Below, in pieces: positions 51,806 through 63,120 of a stretch of 64,000 nt of DNA (positions are counted from its first letter, which is position 1; the number at the start of each line of letters is the position of its first letter). This DNA is from Squalus acanthias. Taxonomy: Eukaryota. The DNA is taken from positions 135,534,001 through 135,598,000 of the forward strand of contig CM059432.1 of assembly GCA_030390025.1 (NCBI GenBank), in the 5' to 3' direction. The notes below the pieces were generated by a model. It was not told the DNA's origin. It searched no databases and saw only the letters and a list, made by a program, of their open reading frames with translations. Both the position numbers and the translations under genes were made by a program.

Positions 51806-54800
51806 ATTTGTGGTGTATAGGCACTGCTGGGTGTTCTTGTGTTGTAGTGCTTCTGTGAGGCCTACCTTTGGACTAACCAGTAACACAAGTACTGGGGAGG
51901 GGAGAAAGGAGAAAATAAAAATCAACGAAGATCTCCAATATTGATTGCTATCCAGTGAACCCTGCTAGGGAACGTGCATTTAAGTCAGTCAAGAACAGGA
52001 TGAACTCCAAGGGATGCCCACTGCCCCGCCCCAGATTATCAAATAGCCTGTCAACACTCACTGTCTAGGCTTACATTAAGAATGGCATTCTTCAGCCTAT
52101 TCTTCTGTGAGCTTAAACAGTGCATGTTGGCAGGCTATTTTACTGTGGGGCCATCACAAGAGTCCCACCTGTTTTCACCATGGAACTACACCCTAACACA
52201 AGTCATCGCCTGAAAGAAAGGGAGAGAAAACTGCTGGTTGTGGGGGACGGGGAGTTGAGTTATATAAATATATGTCAGAAGAACTATTACACTGGTAGCC
52301 TATTCATAAATCATCATGTTGCTTTGGGAAGATATAGGGATTACAACACAATGTGTGTTGGCCACCAATCGCCTACACAGTTTCTCAAAAGGTAAATTTG
52401 AGTCGGAGTTCAAAATCTCCCCAGCTCTACTATTCAGACGCTGGTTGCACTTTTAATCACATTTCTTTTTGCGCTTCCAATACAAACAGCACCTCATGCT
52501 TACTGGAATCCTGAAAGTGGCACCAGTACTCATGTTTCGGTCAAGACCAAGAGTAGGCCTCACAGAAGCGCTACAATACAAAAGAACACCCAGCAATGCC
52601 TACACACTACAAATTATAAATCCTAGCCTGGTTAACTATAGCAAGTATGTAAGATTCTGCCTTGCATCAGAAAATTTTATATTACTTTATTCAACTACTC
52701 ATGCCCTTATGATAGTAGAGAATTCATCAATTACTCATACCTTTATGATAGTAGAGAATCCACAGAATGTGATTGACATCACCCCCATTAGTTATCCGAA
52801 GTAATGTCGAGGTTCTGTGCGGTCATTATTACACTATTAAAAAAACTCTCAGGAAGAAGTTCTATTTCGCTATTCAAATGCTTTCTCTGTACTAATCCTG
52901 CCCGTGCTCTATATTAAGCAGGCAGTGAATGTTGCCCAGGAAGTATTTCATATTCCTAAAAGCCAGTCTGGAAAGATTAAATAGTTCTGCAACCAGCTTA
53001 TTCAGGTATGCAAGTGATATTCGATGATAGGAGACAAACTGAATCAAATAAAATCATGGAATCATAGAAGTTTATGGCACAGGAGGTGGCTGTTTGGCCC
53101 ATCATGTCTGCCGGCCGAAAAAGAGCTATCCAGCCTAATCCCGCTTTCCAGCTCTTGGTCTGTAGCCTTGTAGGTTACGGCACTTTAAGTGCATACCCAA
53201 GCACTTTTTGGTTGGGGGGGGGGGCACAATCCAGTCATCACCCAACATTTACAAACACGCACCCCTTAGCCAATTTGTCCCCACCATCACCCAGATGCAC
53301 TGAACTATTCATTGCACAACCACTGCTGCCCAGTTAAATTCAGCTAACTCAGACCAGAAAACAAACCTAGGACCCAGATTAAACTCAATGAGTCACCAGG
53401 AAAGACCCACCCTTATCAAGGATTACAAGATCAAAGCTTCTTGCCACATGGCTGCTGTAAACACCATGTGTGCCACATGCTGACAGTATTGAGAAGCAAA
53501 GAAAGTCATTCAGGGACACACTTTTGTAAGAATCCACTGGGAAGATATCAAGCCAGAGTTGTGAAATTATTGTATAGTCAAAACATGGATATTCACTGGT
53601 GTATCAAACCAAATTCCCACTCTCAGGTCCACTGCAAAATATACTGCTCTCAGACAAGTAGACCAAAGATCATTCTAACTCCAGCTATAAACATCTGTAC
53701 CATATGTACAAATATTGTTCGCCTTATTTCTGGAAATGTTATCGAATCATTGCTAACCAAACGTTGTTTCCTACACAAGCATACTTCACGTGGCATTGCT
53801 CGCGGGCAGTATGGAGCAAGGTTGCAGCGCTTAGCCATTAGCTTGACGTGTCCCTTTAATTGCTCTAATTAGGTACAGTAAATACAAGCCATTGTAGCTG
53901 GTTGTAAACTACCGAAATCCCTCACAGGCCAAAAGCAACTGCTTGTAAATTTCAAGTTAATGAATGGCCTTCGTCAGGTTGATGAATGCTGGCTTATTTC
54001 AAATAAAAAGGATCGTTTTGCATTTGTAAAATAAAAAGTGCGATGAAAACACACTAAAAACTAGACATATATCTCTTTTGTTTTCCCAAGGAGGATCTGA
54101 CAAGATGCTTAGGCACGAGAAAAAAATCTTAATATAGTTAAGACCACATTTTGTTATTTAACGTGGAGGTTAGATAGTCAAACACCAATTTCATAGCACA
54201 AATATTGTACACTGCCTTGTAACCACCCATTCCGAAAATCTCAATCTTGAAACTAACCCGACTGTTCTGCTTGTGACATGAATTTCTCAAAATTAAACCC
54301 GCCTTGTATGGCAAGTGCCAAGATCGCAATCATCCTATTTCCTGTACAATTCTCATCACAATAAATAGGCAGTTTTTGGCTTCATTAACTTTCTGACTAT
54401 TCACTTTAAAATTCTGAACCCATCAGTATGCACTTAAATCATGCTCCTAGGCACAGAAATGCATAGAAGTTACAACACACAAACAGGTGATTCAGCCCAA
54501 CCAGTCTATGACAATGTATAACTTCCATACGATCAAATAGTCCTAATCACATTTACCCACCCATAAGAAAACATTAGAGAAGCCTATTCTTCCCATCAAG
54601 CTCAAAAATCACATTACCACCTGTAGTGCATCATGTATAAATATGTCAGTCAAATAAACAAGTCTAGTATTTTATTTAAACTTTAAGAACCTTGTCCTAC
54701 AATACAGATTGCATGATTTCTCTTATTGATAAATGTGGCCTAAGCTGTTTAGAGGTAGCTCAAGTGTTTTCAAAATATTTCTTGCAATGAAAAATAAACA

Positions 54801-55249
54801 CCATTCTATCAAGTTAAATGTCATCTCACTTTTTGATCATAAATCTCTTAGCATTTCTCCAATACTGATAGACTATGCAATTAACCTTAAAACTCCACCG
54901 TAAAACTGCATTTCCCAGGCTAGTTCAAAAAGGTACAGCATGACTACATTTAAACTTTACAGTAACCTCTACCAATATAAACTCAAAACAAATGCAAAGT
55001 GCCTTGTGCAATTTCATTCACTATTTCCTGCAACATTTGTCAATTGCATTTTATTCTTTTAGATTTTTCTTTTGCTTTTTGTAATGCACAAAAACTCAGG
55101 TGGCTTAAATGTTGTGTTTTTGCAGCCTCCTGCAAACGCCCCCTCCCCTCCCGGAACAATAAAGAGGGAGGAGGAAAAGAAGAGCTTGTTGACACTTTCC
55201 GAACAGGGGCTGGAACAGGAATTGAAAAACATTTTTTAAAAAATGAAAA

Positions 55250-55850
55250 ATGAGTGGCTTAAGACGCGACAGTCTCATTTTAAAAACTGCACAACCCCCT
55301 GTTATGGGAGGAGACTTGTGGTGGTGGCTGCGAGTGTGCGCACTTTCAGGCCTCGGCTGCTGCACTCAGATGGATGGGGATGGAGATGGTGGTGGAGGAG
55401 GAGGAGGTGGCGGCCCGGCTCACACCCGCACCCCCTGTCAGTGTGTGCGGGCAAAGCCGGCCGGGCCGAGCTCCTCATTCTACCCCCACCCGCCGCCTCC
55501 TCCCCTCCACCTCCCGAATTACCGGACGGTAAACTGACATTCCATAATACGACAAACGGTGCTGCTGCGGGTGAATGGAGGCGGTTGACGGTACCTGCTC
55601 TGTCTCCCCGGGTAATATTCGTGCCTCTTTTGCAGCTTCCGCACCGGGTGTAAAGGAATATTATCCGCCATCTTAAAGCGGGTGCTTTCACCTCCCACAA
55701 TCCCCCGGGCGCCGGCACCTACGTATCCCCTTACGTCATCGCCCGCCCATCCCTTACGTCATCGCCCGCACACGTCACCCTTCCCCTTTACGTCATCCCC
55801 CTCTCTTCCCGCCCTCCCAGCCCAGTCAACTTGTCCTCAGAACACGTGTC
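55250..55850 (-). promoter_or_regulatory. ATP9B CpG-island promoter with CRE/ATF, GC-box, E-box and YY1 motifs
   Basis: Local GC/CpG enrichment in an AT-rich window. TTACGTCA at 55731, 55754, 55788; CACGTCA at 55771; CCCGCCC boxes at ~55742 and ~55808; CACGTG at ~55843; CCGCCATCTT (YY1) at 55665-55674 overlapping the ATG. Confidence 0.8.
55595..55671 (-). CDS. ATP9B: ATP9B coding exon 1 (MADNIPLHPVRKLQKRHEYYPGRQS+AG, 77 nt, phase-2 donor)
   Basis: ATG in AAGATGGCGG context. Peptide resembles the ATP9 N-termini (MADQIPLYPVR / MTDNIPLQPVR). Ends at GAGCAG|GTACCG donor; AG plus the A of exon 2 gives Arg in frame. Lies in a CpG-rich region. Confidence 0.93.
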
Positions 55851-56340
55851 ACCCCACAATTGCTGTAAACCCCAACTCAACTCTTACAATTCAACTTCAA
55901 ATGCATTTTAATAACTCAGTGTTGAATTCCCCCCCCCCACCCTGTGAATTGTTCTTTAAAAAGGTCAATGTCTTTATGAACCCCCCCTAACAAAAAAACT
56001 GTTTGGAAAAGTTGTTTTTTATCAAATCCCTGTTTACCACATTTCTTCACTCAGTGATTGTGGAAATGCCGCTTTCTTGCTGCAGCAAGGAAAGAAAGAA
56101 CTTGCATTTATATCGCGCCTTTCAGGACCTCAGGACATCCCAAAGCACTTTACAGGCAATTAAGTACTTTTTTGAAGTGTAGTCGCTGTTGTAATGTAGG
56201 AAACGTGGCAGCCAATTTGCACACAGCAAGTTCCACTAACAGTAATGTGATAATGACCAGATAATCTGTTTTAGTGATGTTGGTTGAGGGATAAATATTG
56301 GTCAGGACGCCAGGGAGAACTCCCCTGCTCTTTGAAATAG

Positions 56341-56475
56341 GGCATTGTTCTCTGTCTATATATGCTTTGCCGATTTGTATTCCTTCACTTCACCTGACGA
56401 AGGAGCAGCAGCTCCGAAAGCTTGTGATTTCAAATAAAACTGTTGGACTATAACATGGTGTTGTGCGATTTCTCA
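56341..56475 (+). mobile_element. Hammerhead-bearing mini retroelement, copy 3
   Basis: 11-bp TSD CTTTGAAATAG (56330-40 / 56476-86). Hammerhead 56390-56427: TCAC-CTGACGA-A-GGAGC(AGCA)GCTCC-GAAA-GC-TT-GTGA. Confidence 0.82.
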
Positions 56476-57052
56476 CTTTGAAATAGTGTCATGGGATCTT
56501 TTATGTCCACCTAGGAACATAGGAACAGGAGTAGGCCATTTAACCCCTTGAGCCTGTTCTGCCATTCAGTGAGATCATGGCTGATCTGGAACCTAACTCC
56601 AGATACCCGCCTTTGCCCCTTAATACCTTTGGTTAACAAAAGTCTATCAATCTCAAATTTAAAATGAACAATTGATCTAGCATCAATTGCTGTTTGCCGA
56701 AGAGAGTTCCAAACTTCTACCACCCTTTATGTGTAGAAGTGATCCCTAATTTCACTCCTGAAAGGTCTGGTTCAAATTTTTAAACTATCCCCCTAGTCCT
56801 AGGGCTCGATTTTAATAGCCCTGAGGCGGCGGGTTTGGAGGCAGGTCTGTAGCGAAAATCGGAAAAAATGGCTTCAGACACCAACCCGCTTCCATCCCAC
56901 CCCCACCCGATTTTTGTGAGTGTCGGGTCAACCACTCCCAAACTGACCCAACTGGAACCAGTGGGACAGGTAGTTAAGGCAGTTAACAGCCTGTTAACTG
57001 CCTTGCTAATCCTATTTTGATAGTGGTTTCCCATTTTCATGCTTCTGGCTCC

Positions 57053-58022
57053 TGTTTTATTAATGATCTAGACGAGGGAACTAGATGTAATATCTCCAAG
57101 TTTGCAGACGACACAAAGCTGGGTGGGCGTGTGTGTTGTGAGGAGGATGCAGAGAAACTCCAGTATGATTTGGACAGGTTGGGTGATTGGGCAGATGCAT
57201 GGCAGATGCAGTATAATGTGGATAAATGCGAGGTTATCCACCTTGGTGGCAAAAACAGGAAGACAGATTATTATCTGAACGGCAATAGATTGGGAAAAGG
57301 GGAAGTGCAACGAGACCTGGGTGTCCTTGTGCACCAGTCGCTGAAGGTAAGCATGCAGGTGCAGCAGGCGGTTCAGAAGGCAAATGGTATGTTGGCCTTC
57401 ATAGCGAGAGGATTCGAGTACAGGAGCAAGGATGTCTTGCTGCAGTTATACAGGGACTTGGTGAGACCACACCTTGAGTATTGTGTGCAGTTTTGGTCGC
57501 CTTATCTGAGGAAGGATGTTCTTGCCATGGAGGGAGTGCAGCGAAGATTCACCAGACTGATACCTGGGATGGCAGGAATGACGTATGAAGAGAGATTGGG
57601 TCGATTAGGCTTATAATCGCTAGAGTTTTGAAGAATGAGAGGGGATCTCATTGAAACTTATAAAATTCTAACAGGACTAGACAGACTAGATGCAGGAAGG
57701 CTGTTCCCGGTGGCAGGGGAGTCCAGAACCAGGGGTCACAGTCTAAGGGGTAAGCCATTTAGGACTGAGATGAGGAGGAATTTCTTCACCCAGAGAGTGG
57801 TGAACCTGTGGAATTCTCTGCCACAGAAGGCAGTTGAGGCCAATTCATTAAATATCTTCAAGAAGGAGTTAGATATATTTCTTAAGGCTAAGGGGATCAA
57901 GGGATATGGGGAGAAAGCAGGGACAGGGTACTGAATTTGGATGATCAGCCATGATCGCATTGAATGGTGGAGCAGGCTTGAGGGGTCGAATGGCCTACTC
58001 CTGCTCCTATCTTCTATGTTTC
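57053..58022 (+). mobile_element. Relatively young CR1 LINE 3' portion nested inside the Harbinger
   Basis: FINDLDEG...SKFADDTKLGG...LVRPHLEYCVQFWSP nearly open RT (ORFs 57017..57616 and 57635..57934); intact 3' UTR. Confidence 0.93.
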
Positions 58023-58817
58023 CCGTCTTGTCAGAAGCAGGACAGGTTCAAGGAGACGAGTTGCTGGAGGACATGATTTGTATTCATTGGTGGAGCACTT
58101 TAAAAGCACCCCCTGAAACATGGCTGACATGCAAATGCAATAACTTTGCTGTTGTAGGTATGGGATAAGATTTTGCACATCTACTGACCTTGTGACTGTT
58201 CAAGCTGACACCCACCTGCAGTGTGACCTGAATGGAATAATTTCAGGCCTCTTCGACTGTGCGCCTGCAAGCCTGTTCCCTCAAATGTAATCTATAGCAA
58301 GGGGATGGGAAACATTTATGTCATCTCATCCTGGTCCTCATAATCGGAGGAGCAGCAGCTGCTGGGCTCAGCACAGATCTTCCTGGGAAGAGGAGTAGGA
58401 GGAGGACGAGGGGAGCCTTGCATGCCCTGTTGTGACCAATGCAGCATCCCTCCAGTTCACTGCTGCCCGTCAAGCAGGGTATGCACTCTGCCATGCCACA
58501 TTCACATAAGCTTACTCTTCAACCATAGGTGGCTACCATATGGCTCTGTAATTGTAGGCGACATTTGTCCAACGTCATACATCATCTCTGCTATACCCGG
58601 TTATTTCCTATCACTTTCACCATCAGCATTTCAAAAGCAAGTTGCCCTGAGCTCTCAATGCGCTTTTGCCATTTCCCAGAACACAGAGGCCACACAATCA
58701 ACTGTTTGCCATAATTTTTCTTTTACACATGACAAAAGGATCATAAACCAACAACAGTCAGGAAAAAAAAGACAACACACCCACGTGAGTCCCCTTGTGA
58801 CTATATGTGCTTAATCT

Positions 58818-60735
58818 TTATCTTACACGTGCCTCTATGTGGTGCTTCCCCTGTGGCTTCAGCAGATGTAGAGGCACCTTGCTGACTAGGATGCTGTGCC
58901 TGCTTAGACGCCTTTGGCAGGCGTCCTCTGGGTTTGGAGCCTGGGAGGGCTCTTCAACAGTCTGCTCTTCCTGCGGCTGTGCAGGGGCTGAAACGGCCAT
59001 CTCAGTTATCTCCGCAAAGTGGGTCTCTGACCAAAGGCTCCGCAGTGGCATGGTCGTGTGAGCGCTTTGAGAGGAGCCCACACTTCCTTGTCTCCTGCCA
59101 ACAACATCCCTCTCATGGGTCAGCCGCACCTCAGTGCTGGCAAGTGGCTGGAGAGCACCTTGCTGCACATCGGGGGGGACCATGAGGACCCGTATCTGCA
59201 CTGGTAGTCCTCATCACAAGGACGTCCATGAAGCTTTGGTCTCTCTGCTCAATAGCTGCCCATCGCTCCACCAGAGATGACATTCTATTTTGAACAGTCA
59301 CCATGTTTTCCCAACTGTGGCGACTTATTTCCTCCATGGCTGTAGCCATCCTTTCCACGGAGGTTGCCATCCTATCCATGGTGGTGCGTTCATGCGCCAT
59401 TGCCTCCACCACGGCAGTGCTGATGTTACAAATGGACTCCTCCATTCTCTCCACACTCGCACTAAACCTGGAGGCAAACCCTTCCAGAGACGCCTGCACT
59501 TGTTCCTGTATTTCACAAACCGCTCTTTTTCTGGATGGCCCCAGAGACACAGCGTCTGCATGCAGCTCAGCAGAGCTAGGAGAGTCCTGCGACCTCCGCC
59601 GAGGACTCTCCACTGCTGTCGCTGTCTCCACCATCTGTTGATGCTCACTTGTGCGCTGTGATAGACCAGGTGGCAACACTACTCTAACTCGCGAGGGCCC
59701 CACCGAGGTGTGCGTTGCTGTGCTGGTGCTGGGTGCGCTGAGTCCTGGTGATGCTGGTCCCTCAGTGGCTTCAGGTTCCTCTGAGGAGATGTCCGGCTCT
59801 TTGCCCTGGATCGTGGGGAGGGGGCGGTCGATGGTCCTGTGGGAGAGTAAAGGCATGATTTAGACATCTAATATTGATGTAGCAGACACATCCTTTTGAG
59901 CAGATGATACAATGCGATTCTTTATGAACATCAAATTCCATTGCAGTCAAACACTAAATGTCAATGAGAGGGATGAAACTCTATTATGTCACCAGCTTCC
60001 TCTAGTGTGCCCGTCTCTCCACCGCCCACTTCCAGGTCTTCGCCACCTCCAACAATTTCATAAGCAGCCTCCTCAGCACTAATCAATGTTGCGAGGGTAG
60101 GTGTTCCTCCTCCAATCATTGCTCTCTCCCTCTTATTGTGGGCTATCTTTTCCTGCAAGGAGGGACACAGCGGAGTTTCAACCACAGTGATGGAGTGAGT
60201 GTGAAGAATCCCTACCATAGAAGCTTTGAGGGAGACGAAGATGGGGTAAGGTGCCAAGAGGAAGGTAGCTCCCTGTGCGTTGTTAGTTGTTGTCACTGCA
60301 TGAGAGCGAGAGCGAGTCTAAGGGGTGCATAGGCAGGATGCTGAAGTGATTCAGTGCAGAGACAGAGATGGATAGGTAAGGGTGCAAGGGAAGTAAGGGT
60401 AAGGTGGTATGTGGAGTAGCAGGCTTACAACGCAGAGTGCTGGTGATGAGAAGAGAAGGGAAGCAGATTGAAGTTAAGTGTGATGGGATACTCACTTTTG
60501 ATGTTCGCACAAGATCATTAAAGATTTTTGGGCACTGGATCCATGAGTGTGAACATATGGACTTTGCGCTGACCTCCTCAGCAATGCGCAGCCAGGCTGC
60601 CTTGGTCTGCTGAGGAGGCTTCCTCCGGCCATCAGGAGGGAAGAAAATCTCCCTGCACCCTCTGACAGCATCCACAAGAGCATGGAGGGAGTCATCATTA
60701 AAGCGTGGAGCTGCCTTGCCTCTGGAAGAAGTCAT
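58818..60735 (-). pseudogene. Harbinger Myb/SANT-like DNA-binding protein gene, 3 exons (60735-60496, 60152-59993, 59836-~58818), frameshifted in exon 3
   Basis: Exon 1 APRFNDDSLHALVDAV...AAWLRIAEEVS...SWIQCPKIFNDL then AAA|gtgagt. Exon 2 ttgcag|EKIAHNKRERAMIGGG...AEEAA then G|gtgac. Exon 3 cccacag| encodes a low-complexity/coiled-coil region spread over three frames. Confidence 0.85.
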
Positions 60736-62584
60736 TGTGTATAGATCAATCTCACTGAGTATCAGAATCCAGAATAGAAAGGCTTCGGCTGAATGGCAGC
60801 TTTAAAAGCAGCTGCTATGATGACATCATCAGAGGCGGCCAGCCAACCCGATCACACTCATTGGACTGGCCAGCGCGCCCCAATGAAATCAACAAGCTGA
60901 TTAAATCAAAATCGGACATCAGCAGCTGATCCCGCCGGAAGCGGCTCCGTAACCCACCCACCACGCAACCCGACTCCAACCCGCCTCGGAAATAAAAATC
61001 GAGCCCCTAGACTCCCCAACCAGCGGAAATAGTTTCTCTCTATCTACCCTATCTGTTCCCCTTAATATCTTGAAAACTTCGATCAAATCACCCCTTAACC
61101 TTCTAAATTCTAGGGAATACAACCCTAGTTTGTGTAATCTCTCCTCAATTTAACCCTTGGAGTCTGGGTATCATTCTGGTAAACCTACGCTGCATTCCCT
61201 CCAAGGCCAATATATCCTTCCTAAGGTGTGGTGTGCAGAACTTCTCACAGTACTCCAGGTGTGGTCTAACCAGGGCTTTGTATAGCTATAGTATAACTTC
61301 TACCCCCTTGTATTCTAGTTCTCTAGATATAAAGGCCAGCATTCCATTAGCCTTTTTGATTATTTTCTGTACCTGTTCATGACATTTTAATGATCTATGT
61401 ACCTGGACCCCCAAGTCTCTTTGGATCTCCACTATTTTTAGATGTTCACCATTTAGAAAGTGCCCTGTTCTATCCTTTTTAGGTCCAAAGTGGATGACCT
61501 CACATTTGCCTACATTGAAATATATTTGCCACAGTTTTGCCCATTCACTTAGTCTGTCAATATCCCTTTTTAATTTTATGCTTTCACCTACAATGCCGCC
61601 TATCTTGTGTCATCGGCAAATTTGGATATGTGGGTTTCTATGCCATCATCTAAGTCGTTAATAAATACGGTGAATAGTTGAGGCCCCAACACAGATCCCT
61701 GCGGGACACCTCTGAGAGGGCAGATGGGGCCTCGGTTTAACATCTCATCTGAAAGACGGCACCTTCGACAGTGCAGCACTCCCTCAGCACTGCACTGGAG
61801 TGTCAGCCTGGAACTTTGTGCTCAAGTCCCTTGAGTGGGACTTGAACCCAGAACCTCTAAGTCAGAGGCAGAAACTGCTACTAACTGAGCCACAGCGGAC
61901 ATAGTTGGTGGATCTATTGCTTGCATGTCACGTCATCCTCACAAAAAATAACATTATTGCAAAGGAAAAAACTTGAATTACACAAAAGAGCATTTTGCAG
62001 CAGTTTGGATTTAGAAAACTGAAGGGGACGTGAGTGCTGAAGAGATCAAATTTAATGTCCAGGGGGAGGGGGGGGGGGCGTTGTCTGGGGGCAGGTAATG
62101 CAGTTTTGTCAATTTGGACCTTACCATAATTCAGCATTTCAAGTCAAAAATAATTTCTCCTCGAAGGTTTAAAATATGTTAAAATAATAAAAGTAGTTGT
62201 AATGACCTCAATGCAACTTTACAGGCTTCACTCCATTCATTGGAAATCTAACCACATATATCATGCTAATTTGTAAACTGAAACCTTTTACAACACACCC
62301 GCACAATAATCCCAACTGGCAGTGCATTTTACATTCACAAGACAAAACTAGCTCATTGTTACTGGTTCCTTGGCCTGAACCCTACTGCAGCCAGAGACAG
62401 GCAATAAAATTACCTGGATTGAGGATATGCTGATTTATCTACTTTAAATAAATAATATTTATTATCAAATAAATATCAGGGAGAATAAGGATAAGTCAAA
62501 TCATTGAAACAATACCTTAGAACAAAGTATTGATGAAGGCTCACACAGAAGCATTAGCCTGTCTTTTTCCTCTTATACGCTGAT

Positions 62585-63088
62585 CAACCTAGCTCCACTG
62601 GGTTGGTGCCCTGCTGCACTCCCTCCTTGATAGTGATGGGGGAGTGAGGGATGCGTTGGGCCATGGAGTACTCAATGTGGTGGTATACAATTCTTTTGGT
62701 GCTAATGGCCCACAGCACATTATAGATACCCAACTTTAGGCTGCTAGGTCTGGCCCACTTAGCACAGTGGTCGTGCCATGTTACATGATGGAGGGTGTCC
62801 TCAATATGAAGATAAGACTTTGGGCTGGATTTTGATACTGGGGCGGGTTGGGGTCGTGTCATCCACATTTCGTGTTATCCACCCGACTGCAATTGGATGT
62901 GGGAGATTGATGCAATTTTCACCTAATTGGGCAATTGAGTTCCAGCATGTGGGAACCCATGAACCAATTAGTGGTTTCAGTCTGAAAGTCACCTCTGATG
63001 ATGTCATCATTGATGCTGCATTGCAGGTCAGAGACTGCCTGGCCTTTGCTGTGAGAGGACCTGGATGCAAAATGAGCAGCAGCTCTAT

Positions 63089-63120
<32 letters not shown>

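Larger units (their letters stand above)
56802..61006. mobile_element. PIF/Harbinger DNA transposon, transposase largely deleted, Myb/SANT-like gene retained
   Basis: 12-bp perfect TIRs GGGCTCGATTTT / AAAATCGAGCCC, 3-bp TSD CTA (56799-801 / 61007-009); the empty site restores CR1 GTCCTAGACTCCCC. Confidence 0.92.
56513..61710 (-). mobile_element. CR1 LINE split by a Harbinger element (56513-56801 and 61007-61710)
   Basis: YSLEFRRLRGDLIEVFKIL...LFPLVGESR runs up to the Harbinger TIR and continues as the CR1 3' end on the other side. Confidence 0.9.
56090..61900 (-). mobile_element. Deu-domain SINE split into 56090-56512 and 61707-61900 by nested insertions
   Basis: Joining ...TGTCCACCT to CTGAGAGGGCAG... 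restores the SINE sequence seen at 51615-51635. Confidence 0.85.

Noticed and set aside
53441..53872. 143-aa plus-strand ORF
   Set aside because: Non-ATG start, no recognisable domain, and antisense within intron 1; more likely non-coding.
55243..55990. GC-rich ORFs of 95-138 aa around the promoter
   Set aside because: By-products of the CpG island. Only the 77-nt minus-strand exon has homology and a splice donor.
58023..58420. Harbinger transposase C-terminal remnant
   Set aside because: Only a faint AIARG-like and acidic-tail hint; too degenerate to call as a separate feature.
59993..60735. In-frame Harbinger-Myb/ATP9B fusion (TSNARE1-like)
   Set aside because: The Myb exon donors are phase 0 and phase 1, while ATP9B exon 2 needs phase 2, so direct splicing would be out of frame.
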